Shown here: piece after piece, positions 55,483 through 64,000 of the stretch | Layout: the number at the start of each line of letters is the position of its first letter | Numbering within the stretch: position 1 is the first letter of the stretch | DNA from: Lachnospiraceae bacterium | GTDB taxonomy: Bacteria; Bacillota; Clostridia; Lachnospirales; Lachnospiraceae | Assembly (NCBI GenBank): GCA_022797375.1 | Contig: JAAWKM010000001.1 | Span: forward strand, 2,332 to 66,331 | Reading direction: 5' to 3' | DNA: 64,000 bases | Notes under the pieces: model-generated | The model's input: the letters and a program-made list of their open reading frames with translations, nothing else | Database searches by the model: none | What the model was told of the DNA's origin: nothing | Translations under genes and position numbers: made by a program

Positions 55483-56487
55483 TCAGGCTACTACTACTTT
55501 TATAACATCTTTAATCCCGTCATAGTCAATGTTTATTAATGTACTTCCTGCGGCAACACCAGTTATTATGCCATCTGCAACAGTTGCAACAGCAGGGTCA
55601 TCTGTTGTAATGGTACATTCGCTGGCAGAAATACCTATATTGCTGTATAAACCACCTTTTATCCCGGTTACTGAAATTTCTTTTGTATCATTTGGGGCGA
55701 GGTTTACAACTGCAGGGGTTGCAGCAATTTCAGAAACCTTTATTGCTGACTCTTCAGATGGAATTTCTGTTATATAGCCATAAACAAGCCCATCAGCGCA
55801 TGTAATGCCAGGGACAGCGAGTGCATCACCATCAAGTTTTGTTGTAGCAGAACCACCTGATTCAAGTGTTATGTCAAATGTACCTGAAAGCTGGAATGAT
55901 GGTATGTCAATCTGTAATTCACCAATCTTGCCCTTCTGGTTATTGTGTCTGTCTGCTGTAAGAACCAGTTCACCAATCATAGGTGAAGTTTCAGCGTCAA
56001 TGGTAACCCTTTTTACATTTGTATTGTACTGGTATGTAGCGTTTATGGTACAATCTTCACTTCCAACTAATATAGTGCTGCCTGTTGGTGTAATTTCAGC
56101 AGTTGAGCCGTCTGTTTTTTCTATAAAAACTTTGCCAACAGGGACTTTTTTAAGGATACCAACACCTTTTGTAAGGGTAACGCATTCAGCAACCGAATAT
56201 ACATCTTTAAGCCCTTCAACAATAGGTGTGCCTAAGTTTGCAGCAATATATGAAAGTTTCCATTCCGCCATTTCAATGGAAGGTGAAACTTTTCTTCCAT
56301 ATTTATATTTGTAAAGTGTTTTGTTACTTTTGCCGCCAGTAATTTCAGCATCTTCCATGGACACGGCAATGGAAGTGTTAAGTGAAGTGTTACCTGTAAA
56401 TGCAAGCTGACCGTTATGTAAAAAGGCTACATCTGCGGTAGATACTAAAAAGTCTTTTGATTTTTCTGTGTAAATATTTTTTGACAT
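55483..56487 (-). CDS. Major tail (tube) protein with a C-terminal Big_2 Ig-like domain
   Basis: 334 aa; strong SD aggagg; C-terminal ...VTGIKGG...TTDDPAVATVADGIITGVAAGSTLINI... Big_2 pattern. A capsid-decoration role is not excluded. Confidence 0.6.
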   Translation of the reverse strand: MSKNIYTEKSKDFLVSTADVAFLHNGQLAFTGNTSLNTSIAVSMEDAEITGGKSNKTLYKYKYGRKVSPSIEMAEWKLSYIAANLGTPIVEGLKDVYSVAECVTLTKGVGILKKVPVGKVFIEKTDGSTAEITPTGSTILVGSEDCTINATYQYNTNVKRVTIDAETSPMIGELVLTADRHNNQKGKIGELQIDIPSFQLSGTFDITLESGGSATTKLDGDALAVPGITCADGLVYGYITEIPSEESAIKVSEIAATPAVVNLAPNDTKEISVTGIKGGLYSNIGISASECTITTDDPAVATVADGIITGVAAGSTLINIDYDGIKDVIKVVVA

Positions 56488-56534
56488 ATTTTACCTCCTA
56501 AAAATAAATAATTAATAAAAAAAGGAACAAAACA

Positions 56535-57392
56535 TTAACCAATTTTGTTCCGTACTGCTTCTTCATCTGCTATAAGGCTGCTGTCCACGCCACTGGTTTC
56601 AATACTTGTCATCCAGTGGGAGAGTGGTTCCTTGAAAGTAACCAGGCCGCTCATTTGTCCTGAGCGGCAAGCATTATATTCATCATGTTTGTTAATCCGT
56701 TTTATATACCGCCAGAACTTCCTTACTGGCAGTCTTGAAACATATCCGCCTGTTACTTTAAGGGCAACTGCCAGTGAGTCTATGTAATCTTCAATATCTG
56801 CTTTGTCTTTGTTTTTGTTAGCTTCAAATTCCCTTGCCTTTTCCAGTGCATTTACAGTATCAATGTTCATAAATTCATCAGTGTTAAAATCTATGTCATT
56901 CTGTAAGATTATTATTTTACGTAAATCATCAAAAACTTCACTGGTTATTAAAAAGCCGTTTATTGTAAAATCAAGGGCAGAAGGGCTGTATTCTATCTTT
57001 GCGCCGTTCCCACATGCTAGTTCCAGCATTTTTATGGCAAAGTCATAGTAGAGTGGCAGGAATGGCATGTTGTAATTTTGTGCCAGTTGTATGTTACGGC
57101 AGGCATATTTAAGGAAATCCAGATATTCCATTTTAATAATTTCTTTTTCGTGGAATATGGCATTTTTGCGTACTGTAAAGGCTGGCTGGTACTGTTGGAA
57201 TGACAGTATGTCCTTCATCTGTATGGGGTATAATGTTATATTACTGTTATATACAACCCCTTTATTAAAAATTATAAAAGGTTTTAATGTATCTTTGTTA
57301 ATTTCCACATCTGCCACCATTATTGTAATTAGAAATTTTATATTTAAGGCATTTGCCATAATACTTGCTGTCAGGGCAGTATATTGTAACAT
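56535..57392 (-). CDS. Hypothetical phage structural-module protein
   Basis: 285-aa ORF. Start uncertain: the ATGs at 57392, 57359 and 57320 all lack a good SD. Confidence 0.5.
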   Translation of the reverse strand: MLQYTALTASIMANALNIKFLITIMVADVEINKDTLKPFIIFNKGVVYNSNITLYPIQMKDILSFQQYQPAFTVRKNAIFHEKEIIKMEYLDFLKYACRNIQLAQNYNMPFLPLYYDFAIKMLELACGNGAKIEYSPSALDFTINGFLITSEVFDDLRKIIILQNDIDFNTDEFMNIDTVNALEKAREFEANKNKDKADIEDYIDSLAVALKVTGGYVSRLPVRKFWRYIKRINKHDEYNACRSGQMSGLVTFKEPLSHWMTSIETSGVDSSLIADEEAVRNKIG

Positions 57393-57762
57393 GCCCTTTT
57401 GGAGCAGGCATTATATCACCAATGCCAGGAAATGTGTCTGCACCGTTTAAAACCCTGTCTGTTATGTCACATAATACATCAATGCGGTTGGCATATACAT
57501 CTGTAAAGTACCCCATCTCTTTTATCTGTTTTACAGATGGTGATGTCCAGTCTGTAATGCGAACAAGGTTTTTTGAAGTAAAAATGCAGACATACAGGTT
57601 AAAATCCATGAACATGTTCCTGTCAACTGTATCAATATCAGTTTCTACGGATACAAAAGTTTTCTCATCATCTGTTATGCCAGATACAAAATTATAATCA
57701 AAAACTTGTCCCTGTTCTTTATATTCAATGCCATTAAAAGTCCATCTGCCACCAAGAAGCAC
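57298..57762 (-). CDS. Hypothetical phage structural-module protein (start unresolved)
   Basis: The listed start is GTG. The same frame is open for 44 further codons up to 57894 with no canonical start. ggaggtgatATG at 57893 lies in another frame. Confidence 0.45.
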   Translation of the reverse strand: MLLGGRWTFNGIEYKEQGQVFDYNFVSGITDDEKTFVSVETDIDTVDRNMFMDFNLYVCIFTSKNLVRITDWTSPSVKQIKEMGYFTDVYANRIDVLCDITDRVLNGADTFPGIGDIMPAPKGHVTIYCPDSKYYGKCLKYKISNYNNGGRCGN

Positions 57763-58137
57763 ATCAGTAACATTAAGCTCTTTACATTGTGGCGGCTCTG
57801 GGTCTAACAGCTTTATAAAGTTTTCATTTCCAAGCAGGAGGTTAATGATTTTACTTTTGTAGATTGCAGAGTAATAAAGATTTGGAATAGCATATCACCT
57901 CCATAATTTACCCCATTATGTATATTTCTATATTTGTTTTTTGCAACTGTTACAATCATGTGCAAACCCTGCCGTCTATTATACAACACATATAAAACTG
58001 TCCCGTGGGTTTTACCGGATTTTATTAATTTAATTTTAAACTTTATAAATAAAGAGGTCTGAAAGATAAATTTTAAATCCTGAATATTAAATTTTAAACT
58101 TTTATCCATCATATCCGTCTGCCAGCACAGGATAAGC

Positions 58138-58770
58138 CTAAAAACTAATGTCAATAAATGAAGTTGAATTAGAAAGTACTAACTGGCTGTCTATATTGCT
58201 CCTGAAACCGTCAATTTCTGCTTCCAGTTCTGTAATCTTGTCATAAAGGACAAGTGGGTCAATTAACTCAAATTCGTTTTTGGTACGGTATGGTTTTTCA
58301 ACTGCCTCCTGGTCTTCTTTAGAAAGCTGTTTTGAAGATTCCCTGCCAACAAGTGCAGAGATAAGTTCATATATCTTGTTGTCTACTTTCTTGTTTTCTT
58401 TGTTTACAGCAGCTGTAGCATCTGCATATTGTCGTTTCATTTCATCAAGAAGTTCTTCCTCATATTGGATTGAAATTTTACGCTCAATGCCTTCAGCACG
58501 TGTCATTACCTGTCCATTGACTGTAATTATTGTTTCTGCATTTGATTTCACAATGGCAGACTTTAATTCATTGCGGTTTGTAATTAAGTCTTTGGCTGAC
58601 TGATAAGAAGCTTTTGCTTTTTTATTAAATTCTTCCCTGGAAACAGTCCCCACTTTGTCTGAAGATTTCCTGGCTGCATCTGCAAATTTTGAATTTGCTA
58701 TTGCCTTATGGATTTTTGTGTCATATAATTTCAGCTCATTAAGAGCCTCTGTGATACTTATTGTCCTCAT
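58138..58770 (-). CDS. Hypothetical coiled-coil phage protein
   Basis: 210 aa, SD aaagga, helical and charged throughout. Confidence 0.5.
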   Translation of the reverse strand: MRTISITEALNELKLYDTKIHKAIANSKFADAARKSSDKVGTVSREEFNKKAKASYQSAKDLITNRNELKSAIVKSNAETIITVNGQVMTRAEGIERKISIQYEEELLDEMKRQYADATAAVNKENKKVDNKIYELISALVGRESSKQLSKEDQEAVEKPYRTKNEFELIDPLVLYDKITELEAEIDGFRSNIDSQLVLSNSTSFIDISF

Positions 58771-58839
58771 TGTAATCTGTTCCTTTCTGGATAGTAATAT
58801 ATCCTATAGTTATATCTGGTATAGTTTTGTTTCATATAA

Positions 58840-59112
58840 TTATTCCGGCTTTATTTTATGGCTTGGTGTAAACCTTATATAAACCGTCTTTGGTATTTTT
58901 ACAGTCTGTCCATTTTTTATGTCATTTCCTGTATATGGCTTCCTGTAACATGTCCTGAAACTGCCAAGACCCTCAATCTTTACATTATGTCCTTCTTTGA
59001 TTTCATTTCCAATAATTTTGATGGAATTATTGATTATATATTCTATTTTGACCTTTTCAATGCTTTTACTGGTGTTTTCCCATATTTTGTTAATAAGTTC
59101 AGATTTTACCAT
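58840..59112 (-). CDS. HU/IHF-family DNA-binding protein (SPbeta YonN-like position)
   Basis: 90 aa; ...VKIEGLGSFRTCYRKPYTGNDIKNGQTVKIPKTVYIRFTPS... HU fold signature; directly downstream of the YonO-like gene. Confidence 0.8.
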   Translation of the reverse strand: MVKSELINKIWENTSKSIEKVKIEYIINNSIKIIGNEIKEGHNVKIEGLGSFRTCYRKPYTGNDIKNGQTVKIPKTVYIRFTPSHKIKPE

Positions 59113-59198
59113 AATTTACACCTCTTTTTGTTTTTTTATTTGTATCCTAAAGCATCCTTATCACCAGTGTAAAATTTCCCCGGTACTATCGGGAAAAT

Positions 59199-62045
59199 TT
59201 AAGACCCTGGAAACTGCCAGGGGGAACTTTTTTTAGAAAAACGGCAGTTATATATGCAGATTTCACCTTTTTCATCTTCGGTTAAAAAGTTTTTTATTTT
59301 ATCATAATGGTTTAGTATTTCTGTAAGCAGGTCGTTTTTATAATTAAACAGGATATAAAATAGTAAATTTTTTATTGAAGGATTTTTACCATTGTCCAGG
59401 TTCCATAAAAGGCGGTACATTGTATGGCTGTTAATTTTTAACTTGTTAATCCCATACAGCAGGTTTTCTTTTGACTGTTGTATATAATTGTATTTTTCTT
59501 CAATGGATAAAAACTGGCTGCCTGAAACTATTCTGTTATATCTGGCTGTTTTTTCTGCCATATCTATAATTTTACAGACCTGTTTTTTATTTACCCTGTT
59601 TTTGTCATAATCATCAGGTTTGAAAATATCTGACAGTGGGAGAAAAGAATTTCCTTTAGATTTACCAGAGCGTTTTTGTCCAATACAGGTATGCAGGTAA
59701 TCCATGGATGTGTAATATTTCTGGTAGTCCTTTTTATCATCATTTTTATAATTTTTGGTATCTGCAATAAATCCTAAAAAATATGGCATCTTTTTTCTGC
59801 CATATGGGGCAGAAAGGACAGCCTTATATTTTTCACGTATTTTTTTTAATTCACTTGTAGTGTCAACAGGATATTCCTTTTTTGCTTTATCAATTTCAAT
59901 ATTGCTCATAACATCAAGCTGGCATACATCATAATAAATTTCTTTTATATATCCATACTGTTCTTCAGCAGACTGTCCAGATTTATATACTATATCCCAT
60001 AATAGCGAATTAAGTTCCTGTGATAAATTTACAATTTCACCAATTTTGTTGTTACTTGTTTTGTCATCTAAATCTGCTAAGTCATCAGGGGTATAGTATC
60101 TTTTGGATTTAGGAGGGTTTGTATTTCGTGTTGGCACTTTGAAAATATGGTAATTTTTCTTTGCAGCATTAATAAGCATGCTGTTATTGGTAATTAACAT
60201 ACTATCACTGTCGAAATCTGCACCTGAAAGTCTTTCTAGTATGTTTTCGTTAATACTGTTAATACAAATTATATTTGGAGTAAGATTGAAATATTTATCA
60301 ATTATTCCGCATTCTGTATTCCGGCTTACCAGTATATTTCCTATTGTAACGTGCGGGCTGCGGCTTCCAAGGATATCAGTCCCATAGGGATACCTTGTAT
60401 TGTGCACTGTACCAGGCTGGAGTACAGTAATGCCATTAAATTTTCCTATGGATTGCAGCAGCATTTCATAAGGATTGCCAAACAAAGTTGCATATGTACC
60501 ATCAAGCAGTATATGTCCCTTTTTCATATTTTTTAAATATGAACGGCATAAATTCTTTTTGAAATCGTAATAAATCCGTGTCTGCTCAAATCTACAGTCA
60601 TAATTTAATAATTTATATATTATTTCATTTTTATTTTTCATAATATTGTCAGTACAGGTTTCGTTGCTATTATTAATTTTTAAATGGTATCTCATAACAT
60701 CAGCATCAGTATTAATTAAATTTACATATTCAAGCCCGTCCTGGACTAACTGCCAGACTTCATCCTGTGAAAGCTGTAATGTATTTAAAAGCTGGTAATG
60801 TGCCTGTACCATACGCCCATCAAAATAGTGAGTATTTTTATCATATTTTACAATACCAAAAAATGGATAAATATTTTCTAGCCATGTTTTTAAATCCCCG
60901 AATTTATAAAATTTAATGCTTGATGGGGTAGTTATAAGCTTAATATCATCTATACTGGTAGCAGATGTAATCCCGTTAAGCTGTGATATGGCAGTTATAT
61001 TATTATCTTTAAAAAATTTCTGTATATTTGTATTAAAACAGCAGGATTTAAAGAATTTATTTCTTAACAATAACATTCCTTTTGTACTGTATCTGTCCAT
61101 TAGTGAAATATCTATAAGGGACTGTCCGTCCCATATGGAATTGGATATTTCCAGTTCTTTTTCTTTTGTGTCCAGCCATCCATTATCTCCTAAATCTGTG
61201 CATACAGCTTTTTCATGGAATGTACTTGTCCAGTCGTCGATAACAAGTATGTTTTCTGGTTTTATATCAAGTGTGTCTGTAATACTGCTAGTTGAGAGTG
61301 ATATGTATGCTTCAAATGCTGCAATATCAAGGCTGTCACCTGTTTTTATATCCAGCCCGCATTGTTCAGACTTATGCATATATGGATAAAGCCTTTCATC
61401 AATAAACAGACATTTACCCACCCTTGCAGAACCACTGGAACGTTTAAATCTGCAATAATTTGTACTGTTACAGATAAACCCGTTATTATAGCACCATTTC
61501 CTTAGCTCTTTTGAGGTTTTAACTGTTTTTATTGTTTTTGATATAGTATATATATAAACCATATTTTCATCATTATATTCACAGGAAAAATATGGCGGAA
61601 GGAGATAAGAAGGTACAGGGTTATAAAAAGGTTCATTAACTTTTATTGCAGCTAGGATTTCATTTCCGTTATTATCAAAGTCTGAAGCATATCCGCCAGC
61701 CAGTGCGTAATCTTCAATATTGTAACCATTACGTACATATACATTATGCTTTATCTGGTTAAATTCTTTTAAAGCATATTTAAATGTAACATTTATTATT
61801 TTTGAAGAATACTCCTTTCCTTTATATATAAAAGACAATGAATCCTTTTTGCCATATATGCTGCTGGCACCTTTACGTAGTTCAATTAAGTCCAGACTGT
61901 AATCAAAACTGCTAATATATTTTCTTAAATGCTTTGTTTCATCTTTATGGGCTAATTTATAACCACAAGGGCTGTTTTTAATATAATTGTTAGATATATA
62001 TAAATCTTTTGCATCAATAGAAGGTATATATAAATTATTTCCCAT
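59199..62045 (-). CDS. YonO-like single-subunit (two-barrel, RdRP-related) RNA polymerase
   Basis: 948 aa. Metal-binding loop SGADFDSDSM (DFDSD encoded at 60204-60218) resembles the beta-prime NADFDGDQM motif. Upstream GSRSPHVTIGNILV resembles the RdRP/YonO R.P..H.G motif. An HU-like gene lies adjacent, as in SPbeta yonO-yonN. Confidence 0.65.
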   Translation of the reverse strand: MGNNLYIPSIDAKDLYISNNYIKNSPCGYKLAHKDETKHLRKYISSFDYSLDLIELRKGASSIYGKKDSLSFIYKGKEYSSKIINVTFKYALKEFNQIKHNVYVRNGYNIEDYALAGGYASDFDNNGNEILAAIKVNEPFYNPVPSYLLPPYFSCEYNDENMVYIYTISKTIKTVKTSKELRKWCYNNGFICNSTNYCRFKRSSGSARVGKCLFIDERLYPYMHKSEQCGLDIKTGDSLDIAAFEAYISLSTSSITDTLDIKPENILVIDDWTSTFHEKAVCTDLGDNGWLDTKEKELEISNSIWDGQSLIDISLMDRYSTKGMLLLRNKFFKSCCFNTNIQKFFKDNNITAISQLNGITSATSIDDIKLITTPSSIKFYKFGDLKTWLENIYPFFGIVKYDKNTHYFDGRMVQAHYQLLNTLQLSQDEVWQLVQDGLEYVNLINTDADVMRYHLKINNSNETCTDNIMKNKNEIIYKLLNYDCRFEQTRIYYDFKKNLCRSYLKNMKKGHILLDGTYATLFGNPYEMLLQSIGKFNGITVLQPGTVHNTRYPYGTDILGSRSPHVTIGNILVSRNTECGIIDKYFNLTPNIICINSINENILERLSGADFDSDSMLITNNSMLINAAKKNYHIFKVPTRNTNPPKSKRYYTPDDLADLDDKTSNNKIGEIVNLSQELNSLLWDIVYKSGQSAEEQYGYIKEIYYDVCQLDVMSNIEIDKAKKEYPVDTTSELKKIREKYKAVLSAPYGRKKMPYFLGFIADTKNYKNDDKKDYQKYYTSMDYLHTCIGQKRSGKSKGNSFLPLSDIFKPDDYDKNRVNKKQVCKIIDMAEKTARYNRIVSGSQFLSIEEKYNYIQQSKENLLYGINKLKINSHTMYRLLWNLDNGKNPSIKNLLFYILFNYKNDLLTEILNHYDKIKNFLTEDEKGEICIYNCRFSKKSSPWQFPGS

Positions 62046-63867
62046 CTTGCTGTCCCTCCATTATACGGTATCCATATTTCTCCATATTTTTCATTACTTT
62101 TTTTAAACTTTCTTTTATATTAAATATAACGGTCTCTTTATCAAAATCTGATAAAATTGTTTTTTCATAAGTTATGTGTGGGATATCTTTGCCAATATAT
62201 GTCTGGTCAGTTTTTATTACAAGGTTTTTCCCATAATCAAAAAATAATTCTGCTTTCCAGAAACTGTTTTTACAGTTATTTATTTTTGAAACCAGGTTAA
62301 TTATAAAATTATGGGATTCTATAAATCCATCAATTTCATTTTTACATTCTTCTTCAATATTTGTATAACTGTCTTCGTCTGGATTTAAAAGCCTGTTATA
62401 AATATATCCGCCATAAAGCCATAGATTAATATATATACCAGGCTTTTGCTGGGCATGTCCGTTTTCTTTATATATTGTATCCAGCTTGCATCTCATGTCT
62501 TTATAATTTTCTATAATGGATACTAATGCATGGTAATCTTCACTGCCAGTAAATTCTTCTAGGAACTTTTTGTCTTTTATTTCCTTTATTTTTAGCTGTA
62601 TTATATTAGATACATATTTTATATCCAGGGTTTCCATAAAATAACCATCAAGTACAGGTTCAAAATTATCACCATATATTTTTGCAAGTACAGTATAAAA
62701 ATTATTTTTCACTCTTATTTTATACTGGTTTCCTTCAAAAGCAGCTAAAACATTTTCATATTTAAGAAGGTGCTGTTTATATCTGGCAGTTTTTCTAAAT
62801 ATATTTTCTAGTTCATTCATTTCACTTTTTGGAATGGATATTTCGCTGGCATCATATACATTTTTACTGAAAACAATCCTGGGGTAACCTGGATGTTTAC
62901 AGCGTCTGTAAAAACCATTAAAAACAATATGCGGGGTTTTAATGTCCAGCCTTATGCCGGCTTCATATGTCCTTCCATGTAAATGTACCAGGTCAAAGTG
63001 TATATTTTCATCATATGGCAGGTTCAGGGAGTGGTTAATATCCTGTATTACTTTTTTGTTTATTATGTTTAAAACATCATTTTTCAGACAGGAAACACAA
63101 TGTATTTTTTTAATGATGCCATAACATGACAGCATATCTTCATAATCCATTACTGCAATGGTACTAAGTATTTCTTCCTTTGTGCCATTATTTCTTATGG
63201 TCTGCCAGAACCAGTCCAGCTGTTCAATCCTGTATTTATAATTAAGTATTTTCTGTCTTGACAGTCTATGTTTTATTTTTGCAACTGTATTAGCATATAA
63301 ATCTTTCTTTACGTATGTTTTGGAATAGCATTTTCCGTCATGGTACAAATATGTAAACACTGGTATATCATTTTTATCTGTTTTATACATATATTCTTTT
63401 ATATTAACTTCAACGACATCATTACCAAGGCTGTCCCATATACAGAAATAATCATTGCCGGTTTTCCTGTTGGAAAAAAATATTTCAAAATAAATTGTTT
63501 GTCCAGATGTTGTATATACCGTAATATCTGGCTGGTAATCTCCAAATTTTGTAATCCATTTTTTCCCAATATCTACTGAACTGGTTTCAAACAGTTGTCC
63601 ATCAATATAAAATTTATTCCCAGTCCCAAACAGCCAGTTCTTATAGAAAAAGTGCACCTGGCTTTCTTTGGTACATTTCTCTGTTTTGTGGCAATAGCAG
63701 GGCTGTTCCTTGTTATTGTCTAAAATCCAGGGCCTGACAGCAGCACCACAACAGGGACAAAAGTAATTCTTATTTTTATCCGCTTTTTTTACATGTATAA
63801 GATTTGCAAATTCATCATTACCATCATATGCAACTACCAGTTGTGGCAGATATTTAAATACATCCAT
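62035..63867 (-). CDS. Hypothetical protein with a CoiA-like Cys/His N-terminus
   Basis: 610 aa; YFCPCCGAAVRPW...CYCHK...ESQVHFFYKNWL resembles the CoiA-like nuclease-family N-terminus; the rest is unassigned; SD aaggagg. Confidence 0.45.
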   Translation of the reverse strand: MDVFKYLPQLVVAYDGNDEFANLIHVKKADKNKNYFCPCCGAAVRPWILDNNKEQPCYCHKTEKCTKESQVHFFYKNWLFGTGNKFYIDGQLFETSSVDIGKKWITKFGDYQPDITVYTTSGQTIYFEIFFSNRKTGNDYFCIWDSLGNDVVEVNIKEYMYKTDKNDIPVFTYLYHDGKCYSKTYVKKDLYANTVAKIKHRLSRQKILNYKYRIEQLDWFWQTIRNNGTKEEILSTIAVMDYEDMLSCYGIIKKIHCVSCLKNDVLNIINKKVIQDINHSLNLPYDENIHFDLVHLHGRTYEAGIRLDIKTPHIVFNGFYRRCKHPGYPRIVFSKNVYDASEISIPKSEMNELENIFRKTARYKQHLLKYENVLAAFEGNQYKIRVKNNFYTVLAKIYGDNFEPVLDGYFMETLDIKYVSNIIQLKIKEIKDKKFLEEFTGSEDYHALVSIIENYKDMRCKLDTIYKENGHAQQKPGIYINLWLYGGYIYNRLLNPDEDSYTNIEEECKNEIDGFIESHNFIINLVSKINNCKNSFWKAELFFDYGKNLVIKTDQTYIGKDIPHITYEKTILSDFDKETVIFNIKESLKKVMKNMEKYGYRIMEGQQDGK

Positions 63868-64000
63868 ATTTTCCTCCTTGTTTAATACAATAATTTTTAC
63901 TGTTACCAGTATTCTTTTTATATAACCATGACTTTATGCCTAAGCCATTCATAACCAGGGCATAAGCTATAGCAGGGTGTCTGTTTGCATATGTTACAAA
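63854..64000 (-). CDS. 3' end of an ORF truncated by the window edge
   Basis: Open frame from 64000 to the TAA at 63854-63856, overlapping the next start by 14 nt; 48 aa visible, no assignment. Confidence 0.3.
   Translation of the reverse strand, partial: FVTYANRHPAIAYALVMNGLGIKSWLYKKNTGNSKNYCIKQGGKYGCI

Larger units (their letters stand above)
27864..64000. mobile_element. SPbeta-like prophage arm or prophage remnant next to ssrA; continues beyond the window
   Basis: Starts right after the tmRNA terminator. Nearly all genes are on the minus strand and phage-like (YonO-type RNAP, HU, tail tube, holin, amidase, fibre with S74 domain, tape measures, Dit/Tal). No integrase or attachment repeat seen in the window. 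Confidence 0.8.

Noticed and set aside
57813-58154. 113-aa minus-strand ORF between two phage genes
   Set aside because: The translation looks like junk (MTLVFRLILCWQTD...). It overlaps the end of the 210-aa gene and the upstream extension of the 154-aa gene. Only its last 26 codons relate to the SD and ATG discussed in the frameshift finding.
1-64000. CRISPR arrays
   Set aside because: No regularly spaced short direct repeats were found. The only tandem DNA repeats are protein-coding: DUF4097 repeats at 4800-5300 and tail-gene repeats at 35540-36480.

Overview
Low-GC Firmicutes (Clostridia-like) DNA in two parts. (1) 1-27.86 kb is ordinary chromosome: polysaccharide deacetylase, methyltransferases, a DtxR/MntR-type regulator, a methionine cluster (metF, DUF4097 protein, O-acetylhomoserine sulfhydrylase, and metH further on), an XRE regulator, a LytTR response regulator with GHKL kinase and two ABC exporter genes, an LRR surface protein, pyrE, a FliB-like Cys-rich protein, a GT2 glycosyltransferase, and the conserved secG-rnr-smpB-ssrA block. 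(2) From just after the tmRNA terminator (about 27.86 kb) to the window edge lies one arm of a large, almost entirely minus-strand prophage or prophage remnant. It looks SPbeta-like: a YonO-type single-subunit RNA polymerase next to an HU-like gene, a 2307-aa tape-measure-like protein, tail tube, fibres and a lysis cassette. No integrase is visible in the window. Four accessory insertions in the tail module are the most interesting content: (a) a three-gene operon ending in a clear SecB-like chaperone, a toxin-antitoxin-chaperone-like candidate whose first two proteins I cannot place (30.56-32.16 kb); (b) a very AT-rich, separately promoted module of a 2-TM protein, a 472-aa protein with a papain/C39-like Cys-His-Asp core and a 61-aa basic peptide (43.1-45.2 kb); (c) a roughly 480-nt structured RNA with group I intron P1/P/Q/R/S-like elements abutting the 3' end of a TP901-type tape-measure gene (45.38-45.86 kb); (d) three tandem, decayed copies of a unit pairing the 5' region of the giant tail gene with a divergent zinc-ribbon moron, next to a truncated IS110-family element (39.3-42.8 kb). 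All calls come from reading the sequence and ORF translations; no database search was run.
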